A stretch of 64,000 nt of DNA, taken from assembly GCA_963817955.1 (NCBI GenBank), contig CAWFQK010000004.1, forward strand, positions 256,001-320,000, given 5' to 3'. The notes under the pieces were generated by a model. It made no database searches and was not told the origin of the DNA. It was given only the letters and a program-made list of their open reading frames with translations. Within the stretch, counting starts at the first letter, position 1; each line of letters opens with the position of its first letter. Source of the DNA: an uncultured Gemmatimonadaceae bacterium. Its GTDB lineage: Bacteria; Gemmatimonadota; Gemmatimonadetes; Gemmatimonadales; Gemmatimonadaceae. Of the stretch, positions 21,766-31,234 are shown piece after piece. The position numbers were made by a program, and so were the translations under genes.

Positions 21766-22172
21766 TCGACGTGGCGTACATCGCGCTCGGGTCCAACATC
21801 GGCGATCGCCAGCGATACCTGTCGCGCGCGCGCGAGGCAATCGCGGCACTGCCTCACAGCGACGTCATTGGTGAATCGACGATCGAAGAAACGGAGCCGC
21901 TCGGTCCGCCGGAGCAGGACCCGTACCTCAACCAGATGCTCGCCGTGCGCACGGCGCTGTCGCCGCACGAATTGTTGCGATACCTCCAGGAAATCGAGCA
22001 ACGCGAAGGGCGTAGACGCGACGTGCACTGGGGACCGCGCACCATCGATCTGGACATTGTCCGCTTCGACACACAAGTCGTTCACGACGCGGACCTGAAC
22101 GTGCCACATCCCGAACTGCCCAATCGCCAGTTCTGGATTCGGGAGCTCGCGGAGCTTCGCGGGGCGGCATGA
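21762..22172 (+). CDS. folK: HPPK (6-hydroxymethyl-dihydropterin pyrophosphokinase)
   Basis: YIALGSNIGD, YLNQ, WGPRTIDLDI, VPHP. Confidence 0.96.
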   Translation: MIDVAYIALGSNIGDRQRYLSRAREAIAALPHSDVIGESTIEETEPLGPPEQDPYLNQMLAVRTALSPHELLRYLQEIEQREGRRRDVHWGPRTIDLDIVRFDTQVVHDADLNVPHPELPNRQFWIRELAELRGAA

Positions 22173-22723
22173 CGCCCGACGCGAACCTCGAGCACCTCGA
22201 ATTTCCACCGTGGGCACAGGTCGGAGAGAAGCGCCGCAAGCACATCGCGCGCGTGATCACGCTCCTCACGGAGTGGGGCGGCGTGATGGCACTGTCACCC
22301 GACGAGCACGACGCGTGGGTCTGCGTCGGCTTGTTGCATGACGCCTTGCGCGACGCGCCCGAGCAGGAGCTGCGCGCGCTGGCAAAGGACGACGAACGCG
22401 ACACGGAATTGTTGCACGGCCCGGCCGTGGCCAACCTGCTCGAGTCGCGGCACGAGGCGTCCGCGTCGATCGTTCGCGCCATACGCTTCCACACCGTTGG
22501 AGCGCCGGACTGGGACCGCACGGGCCGGGCCCTCTACATGGCGGACTTCCTCGAACCGGGACGCAGTTTCTCGCGCACGGATCGCGCGTTTCTCGCGAGA
22601 CAGGTTCCGTACGATTTTGACGGCGTCTTCCGGCAGGTCGTGCGCGCTCGTCTCGAGCACGCATTGCGTGAAGGCTTCACGCTCTTTCCGGAAACCGTGG
22701 CGCTCTGGAACGCAATTCGATGA
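22169..22723 (+). CDS. YqeK-like HD-domain hydrolase (Ap4A hydrolase family)
   Basis: RRKHIARV, GLLHD, LLHGPA, AIRFHTVG, LYMADFLEPGR match the YqeK pattern. Confidence 0.8.
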   Translation: MTPDANLEHLEFPPWAQVGEKRRKHIARVITLLTEWGGVMALSPDEHDAWVCVGLLHDALRDAPEQELRALAKDDERDTELLHGPAVANLLESRHEASASIVRAIRFHTVGAPDWDRTGRALYMADFLEPGRSFSRTDRAFLARQVPYDFDGVFRQVVRARLEHALREGFTLFPETVALWNAIR

Positions 22724-23223
22724 CGCGTGTACGCGTCGCCGTCGTCACAGGAATCGTTCTGATCATCCTGGGCGCGACCGCCTTCGTACGCTCGTACCGG
22801 CGGCAGCCTGAACGCGCGAGCACTGAACGCGCGAGCACTGAACGCGCGAGCACTGAACGCGCGAGCACTGAACGCGCGAGCACTGAACGCGCGAGCGCTG
22901 TCACGAGCGATGTCGTCGCGCTCGGAGGGGTTCGCGTGCGCGTGCAAGTCCTGAACGGCACGACGACGCGCGGACTGGCCCGCCGCGCCACCATGGTGCT
23001 GCGCGATCACGGCTTCGACGTCGTCGAGACCGGCACGGTGAACGACGGGCCCGACACGACGCTCGTCATCGATTTGTCGGGTCATCCGGATTGGGCGAAA
23101 CGAATCGCCGCGGTCGTCGCGCCGGCGCGCGTCGAGACGCGGCCGGACAGCTCACGCTATCTGGATATCTCCGTTGTGCTCGGTGCGACGTGGCGCGCGC
23201 CGGCCGAGCCGTTCCACCCGTAG
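22720..23223 (+). CDS. Membrane-anchored LytR C-terminal domain protein
   Basis: N-terminal TM helix, VQVLNGTTTRGLARRA...GFDVV...DISVVLG (LytR_C). Confidence 0.82.
   Translation: MTRVRVAVVTGIVLIILGATAFVRSYRRQPERASTERASTERASTERASTERASTERASAVTSDVVALGGVRVRVQVLNGTTTRGLARRATMVLRDHGFDVVETGTVNDGPDTTLVIDLSGHPDWAKRIAAVVAPARVETRPDSSRYLDISVVLGATWRAPAEPFHP
22808..22897 (+). repeat. 15-bp coding tandem repeat CTGAACGCGCGAGCA x6 (ERAST peptide)
   Basis: Five perfect copies plus one with a single substitution. Confidence 0.97.
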
Positions 23224-24243
23224 CTGACCACACGCTGCGGCGATGTCCATGCCGCGGCTCTTCCGCACGGCAACCTCGACGCCGCTCTCGCGCAACGCGC
23301 TGGAAAACGCGCGAACGCGGTCCGCCGTGGCGGGCACAAAGCCTCTCGCGCCGCCCGGATGCAGCGGAATCAGATTCACGAACGCCCGACAGTCGCGCGC
23401 CAGCTGCGCCAACTGCCGCGCATGCTCGTTCGTGTCGTTCACGCCACCCAACATGACGTATTCGAACGTCACGCGCCGATCGAACGCCTTGGCCGCTTCA
23501 ATGACGTCGCGCAGGGGATACTTGGTATTGACCGGCATCAGCTCCTGTCGGAGCGCGTCGTTTGGCGCGTGGATGGAGATTGCCAGGCGAAACTGCTCCG
23601 GGCGCTCGGCAAGCGCGACAATGCCCGGGAGCACGCCGACCGTAGAGATAGTGATATGGCGTGCGCCAATTCCGAGCCCGACGGGATCATTGAGGATGGT
23701 CAGAGCTGGACCAACCGCCCCGTAATTCATGAGCGGCTCGCCCATCCCCATGAACACGATGTTCGTGACCGCGATCGGCGGATCGAGCAGGCGCATCTCG
23801 CGCACTTGCCCGGCGATCTCGAACGGCTTGAGACTGCGGGCGAAGCCCATCGCGCCTGTCGCGCAGAACGCGCATTGCATCGCGCAACCCGCCTGCGACG
23901 AAATGCACAGCGTCATTCGGTCGCCTTCGGGAATGACGACCGTTTCGATCGCCTCGTTATCGTGGAGACGGAAGAGAAACTTTTCCGTTCCATCGATCGA
24001 CCGCTGCCGAGCCGCGATCTCGAGGCGCGGCAACTCGAACTCAGCAGCAAGCGACTCGCGCAATGCCTTCGGCAGCTCCGTCATCGCGTCGAAACTCGGC
24101 ACCGGGGCAAGCCACAGGCGCCTGAGTACCTGGTTGGCGCGATATGCCGGCTGGCCAATGCGCTGAAAGAATTCCCCGAGGCGCTCGCGAGCCGCCGCTG
24201 GCGTGAAATTCAACAGGTTGGTTTTGGAGGCTGCGTTGCTCAC
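23152..24243 (-). CDS. rlmN: 23S rRNA (A2503-C2) methyltransferase, radical SAM
   Basis: CISSQAGCAMQCAFC, FMGMGEP, ISTVG, VNLIP, DIAAACGQL. Confidence 0.96.
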   Translation of the reverse strand: MSNAASKTNLLNFTPAAARERLGEFFQRIGQPAYRANQVLRRLWLAPVPSFDAMTELPKALRESLAAEFELPRLEIAARQRSIDGTEKFLFRLHDNEAIETVVIPEGDRMTLCISSQAGCAMQCAFCATGAMGFARSLKPFEIAGQVREMRLLDPPIAVTNIVFMGMGEPLMNYGAVGPALTILNDPVGLGIGARHITISTVGVLPGIVALAERPEQFRLAISIHAPNDALRQELMPVNTKYPLRDVIEAAKAFDRRVTFEYVMLGGVNDTNEHARQLAQLARDCRAFVNLIPLHPGGARGFVPATADRVRAFSSALRESGVEVAVRKSRGMDIAAACGQLRVERLGRRAPRRTEHNGDIQIA

Positions 24244-24299
24244 CGAACTACTCGCGTCAAGAGAAAGGACGCCAACGCGGCGAAGATCATGCGGGACAT
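24240..24299 (-). CDS. Candidate leaderless 19-aa upstream peptide MSRMIFAALASFLLTRVVR
   Basis: ATG 7 nt after a predicted -10; its TGA overlaps the rlmN GTG (GTGA). Confidence 0.4.
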   Translation of the reverse strand: MSRMIFAALASFLLTRVVR

Positions 24300-24306
24300 A
24301 TACTTG

Positions 24307-24335
24307 ACGTTACCCGAAGGACATGCCGAGGTCAA
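24307..24335 (-). promoter_or_regulatory. Sigma70-like promoter for rlmN
   Basis: Minus strand TTGACC (24335-24330), 17-nt spacer, TAACGT (24312-24307). Confidence 0.55.
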
Positions 24336-24556
24336 GCGAATCACTACCGTCAGTCGTCCGGACGCGGTACATTCGATGACTGGAATGAACCAACTATTGA
24401 AGCGGAATTTGCTTCCCGTCCGGCGGCTGCCGGATATCTGGCCCGCGGTCCGTCGAGACGACGCGACCCGCTGACGGCCCATTGTCTCGCCCCTCGCGCA
24501 AGCTGGTCCGCTTTGCGCTATATGGTGAGCTGAGCGCTCCGACCCCAATTCATTAG

Positions 24557-26347
24557 ATGCGCACCGAACATCTCGCGACAACCTATCGAAGTGACCTCTG
24601 CGGCTCCCTCCGCCTCAACGACATTGGTCGACAGGTCCGCCTCGGCGGCTGGGTACACCGCAGCCGCGATCTCGGCGGCCTGACATTTGTCGACCTGCGA
24701 GACCGTGCGGGAATCATACAGGTGTCGTTTGATCCAACGAACTGTGGGGACACGCTCGCGGCGGCGGCAGCGGCGCTTGGACAGGAAACCGTCGTGTTGA
24801 TCGAGGGCGTAGTCGTCGCGCGCCCTGAGGCGATGCGCAATTCCGAATTGGCGAGCGGGGACGTCGAAGTGCGCGCCACGACGCTCACGGTCGTTGGTCC
24901 CGCGACGCCGCCCGCCATTCCCGTTGCGCGGGCACGCAATGAAAATCTTGCCGCCGAAGAGATTCGCCTGCGCCATCGCTTCCTCGATCTGCGCCGGCCC
25001 GAACTGCAGGAGAACATCATCCTGCGCCATCGACTGATGCAGGTGACACGGCAGTATCTCAGCGAGCGCGGATTCTTCGAGATCGAGACGCCGATCCTCA
25101 CGAAGCCGACGCCCGAGGGTGCGCGCGATTATCTCGTGCCGAGTCGAGTACACGCCGGCGAGTTCTACGCGCTCCCGCAGTCGCCGCAGCTCTACAAGCA
25201 ATTGCTCATGATCTCCGGCTTCGACCGCTACTTCCAGATTGCGCGCTGCTTTCGCGACGAGGATCTGCGACAGGATCGGCAGCCGGAGTTCACGCAGATC
25301 GACATCGAGGCGTCGTTCATCTCGAGCGACGACATCATGCGCCTGAGCGAAGCGCTCATTGTGGCGCTGTGGGCCGAGGCCGGCGCGCCGGTGCCGCCGA
25401 CCATTCCGCGGATGACGTATGCCGAGTGCATGGAGCGGTACGGCTCGGATCGTCCGGACATCCGGTACGCGTTGGAGATTTTCGACGCGAGCTCGGCATT
25501 CCGCGCCGCGGACTTCGTCATCACGCGGACTGCGCTCGACTCAGGCGGCCGTGTGCGCGGTATTCGCATTCCGGGCGGCGCCGGGGCGCTGTCGCGCAAA
25601 CACCTGGACGAGATCGAGGCCGAAGCAAAGAAGGCTGGCGCAATCGGGTTACTGCGGCTCAAGCTCGTCAACGGTACCCTGGAGGGGCCTGCCGCAAAGT
25701 TCCTCGCCGAGGGCGCCGCAGCGCAGCTTGGGATGCAGGAGGGAGACCTGGCGCTGCTCGTGGCTGGCCCGGATCGCGTCTCCAGCGTTGCGCTCGATCG
25801 CGTACGCCAGGACGTCGCGCGACGCATGCATCTGGTGCCGGAGACAGAGTCTCGTTTTCTCTGGGTGACCGATTTCCCACTGTTCGACAAGGACCCGGGC
25901 ACTGGCGCGCTCGCCGCGGTGCACCACCCGTTCACCGCGCCCATGGCCGAAGACCTTCCGTTGCTCGATACCGCGCCAGAGCGCGTGCGCGCCCAGGCGT
26001 ACGATCTCGTGTTCAATGGGACGGAGCTCGGCGGCGGCAGCATCAGAATCAGCGATCCAGCATTGCAGAGCCGAATGTTCAGCCTCCTCGGAATCGACCC
26101 GGAGACCGCACGGGCGCGGTTTGGCTTTCTGCTCGAGGGACTCAATGCCGGCGCGCCCCCGCATGGCGGCATCGCCTTTGGGTTCGATCGAATTGCGATG
26201 AAGCTTGCTGGCGCACCGTCGCTACGCGAAGTCATCGCATTTCCGAAGACGACGGCAGCGCGCGCCTTGTTTGAAGGTGCACCGGCGCCCGTGCCGGCTG
26301 AGGATCTGCGGGATCTGCATATCAGCATCGACGGTGACCACGCGTGA
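24557..26347 (+). CDS. aspS: Aspartate--tRNA ligase
   Basis: RDLGGLTFVDLRD, PEGARDYLVPSR, LPQSPQLYKQ, FRDEDLRQDRQPEFTQ, HHPFT, PPHGGIAFGFDR. Confidence 0.98.
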   Translation: MRTEHLATTYRSDLCGSLRLNDIGRQVRLGGWVHRSRDLGGLTFVDLRDRAGIIQVSFDPTNCGDTLAAAAAALGQETVVLIEGVVVARPEAMRNSELASGDVEVRATTLTVVGPATPPAIPVARARNENLAAEEIRLRHRFLDLRRPELQENIILRHRLMQVTRQYLSERGFFEIETPILTKPTPEGARDYLVPSRVHAGEFYALPQSPQLYKQLLMISGFDRYFQIARCFRDEDLRQDRQPEFTQIDIEASFISSDDIMRLSEALIVALWAEAGAPVPPTIPRMTYAECMERYGSDRPDIRYALEIFDASSAFRAADFVITRTALDSGGRVRGIRIPGGAGALSRKHLDEIEAEAKKAGAIGLLRLKLVNGTLEGPAAKFLAEGAAAQLGMQEGDLALLVAGPDRVSSVALDRVRQDVARRMHLVPETESRFLWVTDFPLFDKDPGTGALAAVHHPFTAPMAEDLPLLDTAPERVRAQAYDLVFNGTELGGGSIRISDPALQSRMFSLLGIDPETARARFGFLLEGLNAGAPPHGGIAFGFDRIAMKLAGAPSLREVIAFPKTTAARALFEGAPAPVPAEDLRDLHISIDGDHA

Positions 26348-27330
26348 GCGGCGAGAGCATCACCCATAAACTTTCGACCGAGGGGGCCGATCCGCTGACG
26401 CTCGCGGGCGTGAACGACAGCAATCTCGTGGAGCTGTCGCGCGTCGGCGGCGTGAAGGTTGCCCTGCGCGGCGACACGATGACGATCTCCGGGCCGACCG
26501 ACTTCGTGCAGCGGGCGATCGGCATTGCCAACCGGATGATCGAGGCGGCGCGGCAACGCCGCGACCTCACACCCGACGACGTCCTGCGCATGGGAGACGT
26601 CGTCGACCGCGGTGACGGAGGCGGCGACGAGGACAACGACGGCGCGAGTACCGGCGTGGCGAACGGGCAACGCATCGCGCTGCCCGGCGTACGCCGCGTC
26701 ATACAGCCAAAGACGGTGGGGCAGGGCGAATACCTGCAGAAGATGCAGGACAATGACATTGTCGTCGGCATTGGCCCGGCGGGCACGGGCAAGACGTACC
26801 TCGCCGTCGCGGCAGCAGTCGATGCGCTGGCGCGGAAGCGAGTCCGCCGCATCGTGCTGGCGCGGCCAGCCGTCGAAGCAGGCGAGAATCTCGGCTTCCT
26901 GCCTGGCGACTTGCAGGCCAAGGTCGATCCGTATCTCCGTCCGCTCTACGACGCGCTGGACGAGATGATGCCGTTCGAGCGCGTCCAGCGTGCCCTGGAG
27001 CAGCGCGTGATCGAAGTGGCGCCACTGGCCTTCATGCGCGGACGCACGCTTGGCGACGCGTTCGTCATCGTGGATGAAGCGCAGAACGCCACGACGATGC
27101 AGATGAAGATGGTGCTGACACGACTCGGCGTGAACTCGAAGATGGTCATCACCGGCGATAAGACGCAGGTCGATTTGCCGAAGCGCGAAGGCTCCGGCCT
27201 GCTGCAAGTGGAGCGCATTCTGCCCGGGATCGACGGGATCGCGTTTCACTATTTCACGGACATGGACGTGGTTCGCCATCGCTTGGTGCGCGACATCGTA
27301 CGCGCCTACGCGGCCGATGCTGGGGAATAG
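26344..27330 (+). CDS. PhoH-family ATPase (YbeZ-like)
   Basis: GPAGTGKTYLA, RPAVEAGENLGFLPGD, FMRGRTL, DEAQN, TGDKTQVDLP. Confidence 0.95.
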   Translation: MSGESITHKLSTEGADPLTLAGVNDSNLVELSRVGGVKVALRGDTMTISGPTDFVQRAIGIANRMIEAARQRRDLTPDDVLRMGDVVDRGDGGGDEDNDGASTGVANGQRIALPGVRRVIQPKTVGQGEYLQKMQDNDIVVGIGPAGTGKTYLAVAAAVDALARKRVRRIVLARPAVEAGENLGFLPGDLQAKVDPYLRPLYDALDEMMPFERVQRALEQRVIEVAPLAFMRGRTLGDAFVIVDEAQNATTMQMKMVLTRLGVNSKMVITGDKTQVDLPKREGSGLLQVERILPGIDGIAFHYFTDMDVVRHRLVRDIVRAYAADAGE

Positions 27331-27336
27331 CCGATC

Positions 27337-29544
27337 GTGAGCCACGGCGGGCAGATCACGAGCGCATCATCGGTAGACCCTCCACCGCGACGCCAGTCGA
27401 TCGTGTTCCACGCGGCACGCGTGGTCCTCGCCGTTGGCCTCGCGGTGGTCACGTATCTGCTCTTCCCGGCATCGCCGGCGATCGATTTTCCGATCTACGA
27501 AGTGGGCTCGGTGGCCAGCGACAATGTGATCGCGCCATTTGCGTTCCGCGTGCTCAAGACACCCAAAGAGCTGCAGAGCGAGCGCGACGCCGTGGCACGC
27601 GGTGTCGAGCCCGTGTATGAGTTTGTGCCGACCGCGCTCGACAGCGCGCGCCAGTCGTTGAGCGCGTTCGACGGGGCCATCCAGCAGGCGGCCAACGAGA
27701 ACCCGGCGTATCCGGCGCCAGCCGTTCAGCGTGCGGCGGCGAGCTGGGGAGTTCAACTGACTCCCAGCGAGGCGGTCTATCTGGCCAACGGGCGCCGCCG
27801 CGCGATGGTCATCCAGGCGGTGGCGCGCGTGTTCGATCGTTGGTTGAGCGCCGGCGTCGCGAGTGCGGGGGCGCTCGACTCGGTGCGCGGCGAGATCGTG
27901 CTGCGATCGGGAGGCGAGGACCACCGCATGTCCTCCGATAGCGTCGTCACGTTCAACATGCTGGTGAGTCGTGCGCGGCTCATTCATCCCGATCCGGAAT
28001 CACAGGTTGGCGATTCCGTGTACACGCGCCTGCTGGCGACCTTCTTTCATCCAACGATCATTCCCGATCGTGCCAGTACGGAGTTGCGGCGAGAAGAGGT
28101 GCGGCAATCCATTCCGGTGGCCAAGTACGACGTCCTGGCGGGGGAAAAGATCGTCGGCGCCAATGAGGTCGTCGGACGCGAACAGAACGAGAAGTTGCGC
28201 GCGCTGCGCACCGCCGCCGACCGGTACCGCCGCTCCCAGCGCGGCGTGCGCCGCGTCGTGGGATCGATACTGTTCGATTTCCTCGTCATCTCGCTGCTCG
28301 GGCTCACGCTGTTCGTGCTGCGCCCGGCCGTGTACCACAACTATCGTTGGCTGCTGATGTTCGCCATCGTAGCGGCCCTCGTCCTCGTGGGTGGCGCGAT
28401 CGTCTCCTCGTTCGCGCCGGAGCACTCGGAGTTGGTGCCGGTGGCGCTCGCCGCGGTGCTGCTCAGTGCGTTGTTCGATCAACGCATCAGTGTGATCGCA
28501 GCCATGGTGCTGGCAATGCTGATCGGCGGCCAGAGTGTCTTCCGCGGGACCAACGCGTTGTTCATCAATCTCGTAGGGGGCGCGGTCGCGGCGCTCACGG
28601 TCGGCGAAATTCGCCGGCGCAATCAAGCCTACCAGTGGATTCTCATGATCGGGGGCGCCTATCTCGCCACCGCTGCGGCGATCGGATTGACGCTCGACCT
28701 CCCCTCACGAGAGATCCTCGTGTCCGCCGGGTTCGGCGTGCTCAATGCGCTCGGCTGCGTGCTGCTCGCCGTGCTGATGCTCCCGATGGCCGAGGCATTC
28801 ACCGGCATCGAAACCGACCTGACGCTGCTCGAGTGGTCTGACCTCAATCGGCCCGTGATGCAGCGGTTGAGTCTCGAGGCGCCCGGCACGTATGCCCACA
28901 CCATCGCGATCGCCAATCTCGCCGAGGCGGCCTGTCGCGCCATTGGCGCGAATCCGCTCCTGGCGCGCGTTGGCGCGTATTACCATGACATTGGCAAGAT
29001 CGCCAAGCCACAATACTTCGTGGAAAATCAGGCGAAGGGCCGCAATCCGCATGACGCACTGCGTCCCGGCGCCAGCGCACAAATCATTCGGAACCACGTC
29101 CGCGAGGGGCTCGAGCTGGCGGAGGAATACAAGCTGCCGCGCGCACTGCGTGCATTCATCGCGGAACATCACGGGACCGGTACCATCAGTTACTTCCTGG
29201 ACAAGGCAAAACAGCGCGACGCACAGGCGCCCGCTGCGACGGACTTCATCTACCCTGGTCCGCTTCCACAAACCGCCGAAACGGCCGTCGTCATGCTCGC
29301 CGACGGCATCGAGGCCGCCACGCGGGTCCTCCACGATCCGACGCCGGAACAGATTCGCGAGGTCATCGAACACATCGTGCGGCAGCGCATGGAGCAGGGA
29401 CAACTCGCCGACGCGCCGCTCACCTTGCGCCAGATCGGAATCGTCAAGGACGAGTTCACGCGAGTGCTCGTGGGCATGTACCACAATCGGATCGATTATC
29501 CTACCGCGAGCGGCGGCGTGACATCGGAGTTTGCATCCCTATGA
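27337..29544 (+). CDS. 7TM-HDED/HD phosphohydrolase (PgpH-like)
   Basis: N-terminal TM, large extracytoplasmic region, multi-TM block, then APGTYAH, YYHDIGK, YFVENQ, EHHGT, YPGP, MLAD. Confidence 0.9.
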   Translation: MSHGGQITSASSVDPPPRRQSIVFHAARVVLAVGLAVVTYLLFPASPAIDFPIYEVGSVASDNVIAPFAFRVLKTPKELQSERDAVARGVEPVYEFVPTALDSARQSLSAFDGAIQQAANENPAYPAPAVQRAAASWGVQLTPSEAVYLANGRRRAMVIQAVARVFDRWLSAGVASAGALDSVRGEIVLRSGGEDHRMSSDSVVTFNMLVSRARLIHPDPESQVGDSVYTRLLATFFHPTIIPDRASTELRREEVRQSIPVAKYDVLAGEKIVGANEVVGREQNEKLRALRTAADRYRRSQRGVRRVVGSILFDFLVISLLGLTLFVLRPAVYHNYRWLLMFAIVAALVLVGGAIVSSFAPEHSELVPVALAAVLLSALFDQRISVIAAMVLAMLIGGQSVFRGTNALFINLVGGAVAALTVGEIRRRNQAYQWILMIGGAYLATAAAIGLTLDLPSREILVSAGFGVLNALGCVLLAVLMLPMAEAFTGIETDLTLLEWSDLNRPVMQRLSLEAPGTYAHTIAIANLAEAACRAIGANPLLARVGAYYHDIGKIAKPQYFVENQAKGRNPHDALRPGASAQIIRNHVREGLELAEEYKLPRALRAFIAEHHGTGTISYFLDKAKQRDAQAPAATDFIYPGPLPQTAETAVVMLADGIEAATRVLHDPTPEQIREVIEHIVRQRMEQGQLADAPLTLRQIGIVKDEFTRVLVGMYHNRIDYPTASGGVTSEFASL

Positions 29545-29990
29545 GCCTCGACGTCGATGTCGCATCACCTGGCGTGCGGGCTCCGCTCGGACGGGCGCGC
29601 GTGGCCGACATCGCGCGCGCCGTGCTGAAAGGTGAGCGGGTGCGCCACGCACTGCTCTCGGTGACGCTGGTCGATCGTCGCACGATCACGCGACTCAACA
29701 AGACGCACCTGGATCACCGAGGGGCCACAGATGTCATCTCGTTCGGGCTCCGCCGCGCGACAGACACGAGTCCTGTGATTGGCGACATCTATATCTGTCC
29801 GGACGTGGCACGCGCGAACGCGAACGCCCGCGGCGTGCCTGTTCGCGAGGAGATGGCACGGCTGGTGGTGCACGGGGTCCTGCACGTCCTCGGCTACGAC
29901 CATCCGGAGGACGAGGCGCGCGAGACATCGGAGATGTGGAAGCGGCAGGAGCGTATCCTTCGCCGCGTGCTGGACGCCACGCGACGATGA
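29541..29990 (+). CDS. ybeY: rRNA maturation endoribonuclease YbeY
   Basis: ATDVISF, GDIYIC, VHGVLHVLGYDH. Confidence 0.95.
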   Translation: MSLDVDVASPGVRAPLGRARVADIARAVLKGERVRHALLSVTLVDRRTITRLNKTHLDHRGATDVISFGLRRATDTSPVIGDIYICPDVARANANARGVPVREEMARLVVHGVLHVLGYDHPEDEARETSEMWKRQERILRRVLDATRR

Positions 29991-31234
29991 TCCCCTCGCA
30001 ACCGTGGGCGTGGGTGATCGGAACATCAGCGGCGCTCGTTGCGACGCTGTTCAGTGCCGCGGATAGCGCGTTGCTCGCATTTCACGTTGCGGGGTCGTCA
30101 GCGAATCCCGACGTTGCCCTCGCCGAGCGCGAGCGGCTGCATCGAGCGCTGTCCATGGGCCGCGTGCTCGCGTATCTCGCGGCCGGCGCGGCGCTGGCGC
30201 ACGCGCTGCACCTCGCCTCCATGACGTGGCTCTCGCGCGGAAGCATCATGGTGCTCACCGCGGTCATCGTGTGCATCATCGCCGAAGGGACCGGGCGCGC
30301 ACTCGGTTACGCGAAACCCAACGTTACCTACACGCGGCTCACGCCCATGATGCACGGCGTGCGCCGCGCCTTGATGCCCGCCGTCGCGCTCGGTGCCGCG
30401 ATCGAACGAACGCTGAACGCGATCATTCCGCCAACGGTTGCGGACGAGAGTGAACGAGAGACGTCGACCGAGCAGTTTCGCGAGGTCGTCGCTGCCGAGG
30501 CGGACGTATCCCTGGCCGAGGAACAGTTGATCCACGGCGTCTTCACGCTCGGCGAAACCGAAGTGCAGGAGATCATGGTGCCACGCGTCGACATCGTCGG
30601 CATCGATTCGACGACGCCCTGGTCCGAAGTGCTCGACCGCATTCGAAGCTCGGAGCACGCGCGGTTTCCCGTCTACCGCGACACGCTCGACGAAATCACC
30701 GGCATCCTGTACGCAAAGGACGTCCTGCCATCGATCATTTCCGATGAAGAATTGGAGGACGGTTGGCTGTCGCTCGTGCGGCCGGCGGCCTTCATTCCGA
30801 TCTCCAAGCGCATCGACGAGCAATTGCGCGAGTTCCAGGCGACGCGGACGCACATCGCAATCGTGAGCGACGAGTACGGCGGCACGGCCGGATTGGTCAC
30901 GATCGAGAACATCCTCGAAGAGATCGTCGGCGAGATCCGCGACGAGTACGACGTGGAGGAAGCGGAGATCCAACAGGAAGGATCGTCACGCTACTGGGTC
31001 TCGGGCCGCGTGCCGCTGGATGAGCTGTCCGAACGCCTCGACGTCGACTTCCGAGTCGACGACGTGACGACGGTTGGCGGATTGGTCTACGCATTGTTCG
31101 GTCGCGTGCCGAAGTCCGGTGAAGCGTTGATGCATTCCGGCTTTCGCATCGTCGTCGAGCGCGTACGGGGGCGCCGCATCGAGTGGGTCTACTTCGAGCG
31201 ATTGGAGCCGGCCGCGATCCCGGAGCAGAAATGA
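29987..31234 (+). CDS. Hemolysin/CNNM-family protein with CBS pair and CorC domain
   Basis: TM region, EIMVPRVDI, HARFPVY, DEYGGTAGLVTIENILEEIVGEIRDEYD, TTVGG. Confidence 0.9.
   Translation: MIPSQPWAWVIGTSAALVATLFSAADSALLAFHVAGSSANPDVALAERERLHRALSMGRVLAYLAAGAALAHALHLASMTWLSRGSIMVLTAVIVCIIAEGTGRALGYAKPNVTYTRLTPMMHGVRRALMPAVALGAAIERTLNAIIPPTVADESERETSTEQFREVVAAEADVSLAEEQLIHGVFTLGETEVQEIMVPRVDIVGIDSTTPWSEVLDRIRSSEHARFPVYRDTLDEITGILYAKDVLPSIISDEELEDGWLSLVRPAAFIPISKRIDEQLREFQATRTHIAIVSDEYGGTAGLVTIENILEEIVGEIRDEYDVEEAEIQQEGSSRYWVSGRVPLDELSERLDVDFRVDDVTTVGGLVYALFGRVPKSGEALMHSGFRIVVERVRGRRIEWVYFERLEPAAIPEQK

Noticed and set aside
24314..24330. Extra LexA box CCGAA-N7-CCGAG in the rlmN promoter
   Set aside because: Spacer is one base longer and one half-site mismatches; too weak alone.
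24340..24556. T-box riboswitch upstream of aspS
   Set aside because: No T-box AAnnnGGGTGGnACC sequence or terminator seen.
25228..27345. Long antisense ORFs (705 aa here; also 42961-44841 and 58002-59810)
   Set aside because: Shadow frames of GC-rich genuine genes with no protein motifs.
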